Below are positions 59,051 to 64,000 of a stretch of DNA of 64,000 bases, piece after piece. The DNA is from an uncultured Lachnospiraceae bacterium. Lineage in GTDB: Bacteria > Bacillota > Clostridia > Lachnospirales > Lachnospiraceae. A program made the translations under genes and the position numbers. Positions within the stretch are counted from its first letter, which is position 1; each line of letters begins with the position of its first letter. Where the stretch lies: contig CAMOTR010000060.1 of NCBI GenBank assembly GCA_946625945.1, positions 6,510 to 70,509 on the forward strand, in the 5' to 3' direction. Under the pieces are notes generated by a model that worked only from the letters and a program-made list of their open reading frames with translations, had not been told where the DNA came from and did not search any database.

Positions 59051-59105
59051 TCTGTCGTCCTCTTGCTAAACTGTTGCCATTCCTATTTACGCACTCATGC
59101 ATCTG

Positions 59106-60050
59106 CTACACGTGCAAATGTTTTCTCACCGTAGAGATACTGCCCAAAAATCCGATTCCTACACCCACCAGCAAAGATACCGGCGTCAGCACATGGAAGA
59201 TCTCCTCCACGGACAGGAAATGCAGGAACTCGCTGAGTACCGTAAAACGCCCCGTCACATACTCAAGCGCATAGTTATATACACTGTAGATCACGACCAG
59301 CGGAATGATCGCACCGATCAGGCCGATGATCATACCTTCAATCACAAAGGGTGCCCGCACAAAGAAATCCGTTGCACCAATATACTTCATAATGCCGATC
59401 TCTTCCTTCCGGACCGAGATTCCCATGGCAACCGTATTACTGATCAGGAAAATGCTGACCGCCAGAAGTACCACCACAATGCCTGCCGACACATAAGCAA
59501 TCAATAAGTTCACGCCGCTCAGCGTATGCGCCGTCACCGCAGAATACCGAACCTTGCGCACCTCCGGCATGGACTGCAGCCAGGTCACAAGGGCATCCTG
59601 CATGGACACATCATTCAGAAATACCTGATAACTATTCTCTCCCTGCAGAGGATTGTCCGGAAATCCGTCCTTGTAATTCTCACCGAAATAATCCCTTCCG
59701 AAAGACTCCCACGCCTGATCGTCAGAAACATAGACCACATCGGACACCTCCACTCTCGCAGCGATCATCTGACCGATCTCATCAATGCGCTCCTGCGTGG
59801 GAACCTGCCCCTCCGCATGACTTGCGCAGCCGTCCGGGAAATCCCCTTCATAGTGAAAAAATACAGTGACGGACACACCTTCCTCCGCCGTCTTCACCAC
59901 ATGCTGAAAATTCGCTACAATCGCATAAAAGAGACCAAACAAAAACAGACATGCCGTGATCGTTGCAACGGACGCCAGTGAAAACAGTTTGTTTCTGAAA
60001 ATATTGGCGATCCCCTGCCTAATAATATAAAATAATGTACTAATCTTCAT
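59106..60050 (-). CDS. ftsX: Cell division permease FtsX
   Basis: ISNTV, RKEEIGIMKYIGAT, PFVIEG. Start moved to ATG 60050. Confidence 0.92.
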   Translation of the reverse strand: MKISTLFYIIRQGIANIFRNKLFSLASVATITACLFLFGLFYAIVANFQHVVKTAEEGVSVTVFFHYEGDFPDGCASHAEGQVPTQERIDEIGQMIAARVEVSDVVYVSDDQAWESFGRDYFGENYKDGFPDNPLQGENSYQVFLNDVSMQDALVTWLQSMPEVRKVRYSAVTAHTLSGVNLLIAYVSAGIVVVLLAVSIFLISNTVAMGISVRKEEIGIMKYIGATDFFVRAPFVIEGMIIGLIGAIIPLVVIYSVYNYALEYVTGRFTVLSEFLHFLSVEEIFHVLTPVSLLVGVGIGFLGSISTVRKHLHV

Positions 60051-60783
60051 CGATATATGCCCCTTCCTCTTCGTCGCTGACAATGGAGCCCTGCTTTAAT
60101 GTGATCACACGCTTGCGCATGGCATTCACAATCTCACTGTTATGGGTTACCACAAGGACCGTAGTGCCGGACGCGTTGATCTCCTCTAACAGCTTCATGA
60201 TCTCCCATGAATTGTTGGGGTCCAGATTACCGGTGGGCTCGTCCGCCAGCAAGATGGACGGCTTGTTCACCAGTGCCCTCGCCAACGCCACTCTCTGCTG
60301 TTCGCCGCCGGAGAGCTGACGGGGTCTCGATTTATATTTTCCCGCCAATCCCACCGTAGCCAGGATCGTGGGCACATTCCGACGGATCTCCCTGCCGGGC
60401 GTCTCCACAATGCGCTGGGCAAATGCCACATTCTCATACACGTTCCGGTCCTTCAGCAGGCGGAAGTCCTGAAACACTACGCCCAGGCATCTGCGGAACT
60501 GCGGGATCTTCCTGCGGGGCAGCTTCTTTAAATCAAACCCCATAACATGAACACTGCCGCTGGTCGCTACAAGCTCCCGCAGCAGAAGTTTGATCATTGT
60601 TGATTTACCGGAACCGCTGGTTCCCACGATGAATACGAATTCACCGGGATAGATATTCAGGCTTACATTATCGAGTGCCGCATTTCCCTCCGAATAACTC
60701 TTGCTCACATTATTCAGACAGATAATGCCGTTCTCTTTTATAAATTCTTCTCTCTCTTGTCTCTTTTTCTCTTTCCTCGTCAT
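60040..60783 (-). CDS. ftsE: Cell division ATP-binding protein FtsE
   Basis: GTSGSGKST, VFQDFRLL, LSGGEQQR, DEPTGNLD. Start moved to ATG 60783 behind GGAGGA. Confidence 0.93.
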   Translation of the reverse strand: MTRKEKKRQEREEFIKENGIICLNNVSKSYSEGNAALDNVSLNIYPGEFVFIVGTSGSGKSTMIKLLLRELVATSGSVHVMGFDLKKLPRRKIPQFRRCLGVVFQDFRLLKDRNVYENVAFAQRIVETPGREIRRNVPTILATVGLAGKYKSRPRQLSGGEQQRVALARALVNKPSILLADEPTGNLDPNNSWEIMKLLEEINASGTTVLVVTHNSEIVNAMRKRVITLKQGSIVSDEEEGAYIDED

Positions 60784-60802
60784 CCTGTCCTCCAAAACAG
60801 TA

Positions 60803-61888
60803 CTAGTAGTCAAAACTTTCCATGTACTTCATATATTTCACGACCATGAGCGCGATCTTGAACGTAATGGCGTCCTCAAACACGCGCAGATCCAGCCCGG
60901 TACTCTTCTGCAGTTTATCCAGCCGATATACCAGCGTATTTCTGTGAATGAACAACTGTCTGGATGTCTCGGACACATTCAGGCTGTTCTCAAAAAATTT
61001 ATAGATGGTGACCAACGTCTCCTCATCAAAATCATCCGGGCTCTTTCCGCCAAAGATCTCCTTGATGAACATTTTGCACAAAGGGATGGGCAGCTGATAG
61101 ATCAGACGCCCGATGCCCAGCTCGCTGTAGGCGATCACATTGCGGTCATCAAAAAAGATCTTGCCCACATCCAGCGCCATCTTCGCCTCTTTATAGGAAC
61201 GGCTGACCTCCTTGATCTCACGGATTCCCGTGCCGTAAGAGATACGCACGCCTTCTACGCCCTCTTTCTCCAGATATGCGATCAGATTTCTCGCCGTCTT
61301 CTCGATCTCCTTCACCGCATCCGTCTCCGGAAGCTCCTTTACAATGATAACATCTTTTTCATCCACTGCGGTAATGAAATCTTTGCCATTATTGCCAAAA
61401 CATGCCCTGGAAAACTCCAGCACATTATTATCCCTGCCTGTGGGCGACTCCACGATCATGACCGCACGCGGCACATCCGTCTGAATATGCAGCTTCTTCG
61501 AACGGCTATAAATATCCACAAGCAACAGATTATCCAACAACAGATTCTTGATAAAATTATCCTTATCAAAGCGCTCCTTGTAAGCCACCAGCAGCCCCTG
61601 GATCTGAAAGGCAACCATTTTGCCGATCATATATACATCCTCGCCGTCACCTGCTGCCACAAGGATATACTCCACCTGCTGCTCGTCGTAAATCTTAAAA
61701 TACTGATACCCCTGAATCTCCTGCGCATCCGCCGAGGACTCCCCAAATTCCACTGCGGCACCGCTGCAATTCCCCATATCTGCGGTGGAGGCAATCTCCT
61801 TGCCATCCATGTCCATCACGCAGAACTCTACTCTGGAAATTCCCTTTACCCCTGCCAATGTACTCTGTAAAATCTGATTAGAAATCAT
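60803..61888 (-). CDS. PucR/sugar-diacid-regulator family transcriptional regulator
   Basis: C-terminal LNVSETSRQLFIHRNTLVYRL HTH. Start moved to ATG 61888. Confidence 0.9.
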   Translation of the reverse strand: MISNQILQSTLAGVKGISRVEFCVMDMDGKEIASTADMGNCSGAAVEFGESSADAQEIQGYQYFKIYDEQQVEYILVAAGDGEDVYMIGKMVAFQIQGLLVAYKERFDKDNFIKNLLLDNLLLVDIYSRSKKLHIQTDVPRAVMIVESPTGRDNNVLEFSRACFGNNGKDFITAVDEKDVIIVKELPETDAVKEIEKTARNLIAYLEKEGVEGVRISYGTGIREIKEVSRSYKEAKMALDVGKIFFDDRNVIAYSELGIGRLIYQLPIPLCKMFIKEIFGGKSPDDFDEETLVTIYKFFENSLNVSETSRQLFIHRNTLVYRLDKLQKSTGLDLRVFEDAITFKIALMVVKYMKYMESFDY

Positions 61889-61976
61889 ATGGTCTACTCC
61901 TTTGGTCAGAAATCCTTCTAACACAAATGTACAAAAAAACCACAAAAAAAGCAATAGGTTTTCGGAGAATTTTCAC

Positions 61977-62024
61977 AAAAAAGAGGGTATGAGAACACAT
62001 TTTTCGTCCCTCATACCCCCTTTT
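61977..62024 (-). terminator. Intrinsic terminator after the yjfB-like gene
   Basis: AAAAGAGGGTATGAG...CTCATACCCCCTTTT inverted repeat with A/T tracts on both sides. Confidence 0.65.
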
Positions 62025-62052
62025 CGAATCCCAACGCGATACCGCCTTCAGA

Positions 62053-62244
62053 CTATACTCTCAAGTCAAAGTTAGCTCCCACATTCGGATTCACACTCCG
62101 CTCCATCGCAGCAGAGTCGATCATCTGTACCAGTCCCTGTCCGAGAGCCTCGTTGGTATCCATTGCCTTACTGAGCACAGCGGTACCCACCTGAGACTGG
62201 ACTCTGTTTGTCGACATGGCCATAGCCACACCAGCAATATCCAT
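62053..62244 (-). CDS. YjfB-family putative motility protein
   Basis: MDIA...VLSKAMD...NPNVGANFDLRV. Confidence 0.8.
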   Translation of the reverse strand: MDIAGVAMAMSTNRVQSQVGTAVLSKAMDTNEALGQGLVQMIDSAAMERSVNPNVGANFDLRV

Positions 62245-62307
62245 ACATCGGCCCTCCTTTCCTAGATTTGGTAGAATCATTCTATCACATTCCTATCCGA
62301 AATACAA

Positions 62308-63144
62308 TTACTTTTTCCGGATCACACCGTTGTTGATCTGCACCTTTCCCTGCTTCATCAGATGCCCCACCGCGCGCTTGAACTCATTCTTACTCATACC
62401 GGTCTCCCGCCTTATCACCTCAGGATCCGCCTTCTCCGTAAACGGCAGCACGCCTTCGTAGCTGTCCAGAAGTCCCAACAGCTTCTCGCCGTCCTTCTCC
62501 ATCTGGGCTATCGTATTCTCCCGGATCCCCAGTGTCAGCCTGCCGTCCTCCAGCACTTTGACCACCCGGGCTTCCACATCCTCCCCGATCCGCACTTCTC
62601 CGTACAGCTCTTTCTTGGGAATCAATGCGGAATAACAATTGTCAACCGCCACAAACGCGCCGAAATTATCACTGATCTCATACACGCGTCCCTTCACCCT
62701 GTCGTCCTTCCGATAGGGACTGTCCGCGCGCAAATTCTTATACACATTCATCGTAGCGCACAGACGGCTGCTCTTATCGATATAGAGTGCCACCAGCACC
62801 CTGTCGCCTTCCTGCACCCGGTATTTCTGCTCCTTATAGGGCAGCAACAGATCCTTCTCCAGCCCCCAGTCCAGGAAAGCACCGATCTTTCCCACCTGCG
62901 CCACCGTGAGCTCCGCCACCTGTCCCATGACAAGCTTGGGCTCCCGTACAGTCGCGATCATCCGGTCTCCCGAATCGCGATACACAAACACCTTCAAACT
63001 GTCACCCATCTTGCAGCCGTCCGGCACCTGTTTCGCCGGAAGCAGAATCCGCTCCTCCTTCTCCTCCGCATCGGGAGCCAGATATACACCGAACTCCACC
63101 GTTTTTACAACGACCATTTCCTGCCATTCTCCAAGTCTGATCAT
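62308..63144 (-). CDS. cvfB: CvfB-family S1 RNA-binding protein
   Basis: FGVYL, GAFLDWGLEKDLLLP, MSKNEFKRAVG. Confidence 0.88.
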   Translation of the reverse strand: MIRLGEWQEMVVVKTVEFGVYLAPDAEEKEERILLPAKQVPDGCKMGDSLKVFVYRDSGDRMIATVREPKLVMGQVAELTVAQVGKIGAFLDWGLEKDLLLPYKEQKYRVQEGDRVLVALYIDKSSRLCATMNVYKNLRADSPYRKDDRVKGRVYEISDNFGAFVAVDNCYSALIPKKELYGEVRIGEDVEARVVKVLEDGRLTLGIRENTIAQMEKDGEKLLGLLDSYEGVLPFTEKADPEVIRRETGMSKNEFKRAVGHLMKQGKVQINNGVIRKK

Positions 63145-63857
63145 AAAGTCGTCCTCTCTGTAAACTCAACCACTGCATGTGGTCTGCCATCTGCATCTTT
63201 TAAAGCAACCAGCACATAACCGTCTCTCCGTACAACATACGGGATGAGTACCTCATCCAAAAATGTCTGCATCTTATATTCCGCCCGCATCTGAAAGATC
63301 TGAAAGCCCTCCGGCAGCGCATCCATGGCCAGATTCACATACTGCCCGTTGTTCACGTGATGATTGGTATCCAGATGATGCTTGCGGATCACGATCCCTT
63401 CTCCGTCCTCTCCCCCTTCCGGAATCATGATCTTGCGAGGTGCATACTCCATATCCAGCCGCTCCCCGATCTCATACCGTTCCAAGATCTCCGGCAGCAT
63501 CCCCACCGGTCTCCCGGTATCCGTATCCAACAGGCTCCACACCGAGTTTGCCTTTGCCAGATACGCCCCGTCCCCGGAAAGCATGGCAAAATTGCGCAAT
63601 CCCAGGAATCCTTTCATCTCATACGGCTGCGTACCTGTTTTTACCGTTTCACCCTGCTTGGGAAACCTGTCTACCACGATCTGCCAGGAATTCAACACCC
63701 ACACGCGGTGCCGTCCGGCCAGAAAATCCAGCCCCACTCCCAGATCCTCGGACTGAAAAGAAGAACAATCCTGAAAATAATTGATCAGAGACGACAGCGT
63801 CAGCCTTCCGTCGCTGTCCACCTCACTGTACCGTATCCTGCTTTCAAAAAAATACAT
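63141..63857 (-). CDS. Acyl-ACP thioesterase
   Basis: IRYSEVD, DTNHHVNN; double hotdog fold. Confidence 0.88.
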   Translation of the reverse strand: MYFFESRIRYSEVDSDGRLTLSSLINYFQDCSSFQSEDLGVGLDFLAGRHRVWVLNSWQIVVDRFPKQGETVKTGTQPYEMKGFLGLRNFAMLSGDGAYLAKANSVWSLLDTDTGRPVGMLPEILERYEIGERLDMEYAPRKIMIPEGGEDGEGIVIRKHHLDTNHHVNNGQYVNLAMDALPEGFQIFQMRAEYKMQTFLDEVLIPYVVRRDGYVLVALKDADGRPHAVVEFTERTTL

Positions 63858-63913
63858 GCCTCAACTCTCCCGTCACCCTTATTATGCCTTTCCGGCATGC
63901 GTCCGAAACCCAA

Positions 63914-64000
63914 TCAGCTAAACAGCTGCCAGATGATCAATGCAATCCACATGATACAGAAAAACAACATGCCCGGATTCAGCAAAAGCGTCTGGATCCT
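63914..64000 (-). CDS. 3' end of a gene entering from the right edge (C-terminal TM helix)
   Basis: Reads RIQTLLLNPGMLFFCIMWIALIIWQLFS-stop. Confidence 0.5.
   Translation of the reverse strand, partial: RIQTLLLNPGMLFFCIMWIALIIWQLFS

Overview
Chromosomal window from a flagellated Clostridia-class Firmicute; gene content and order suggest Lachnospiraceae (inference). The left half (about 3.4-34.1 kb) is a large cell-surface glycosylation region. It holds an amino-sugar/polyprenol-phosphate decoration operon (FAD oxidoreductase, DegT aminotransferase, GNAT, several GtrB/ArnC-like GT2s, several GT-C-like membrane proteins) and a Wzy-type cluster headed by a receiver-less Spo0A DNA-binding domain. 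An accessory block at 16.3-19.9 kb splits the two. That block carries the most notable candidate system: a strongly promoted, Sec-exported Trp-rich small protein with three tandem BlaI-box-like repeats in its leader, followed by a BlaI-family repressor and a BlaR1/M56 protease-sensor with a short non-penicillin-binding ectodomain. Next to it is an Rpn nuclease with an occluded main RBS and a strong internal RBS. The right half is mostly housekeeping (leuA, HPr, cdaAR, comF, recD2, flagellar rod genes, mbl, uvrAB, ctpA, envC-like, ftsEX, cvfB), with two more GT-C-like genes inserted around uvrB. A truncated pectin methylesterase gene at the left edge is missing from the ORF track. No rRNA, tRNA, CRISPR array, IS element or prophage was recognised. 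All family calls come from motif recognition by eye, not database searches.
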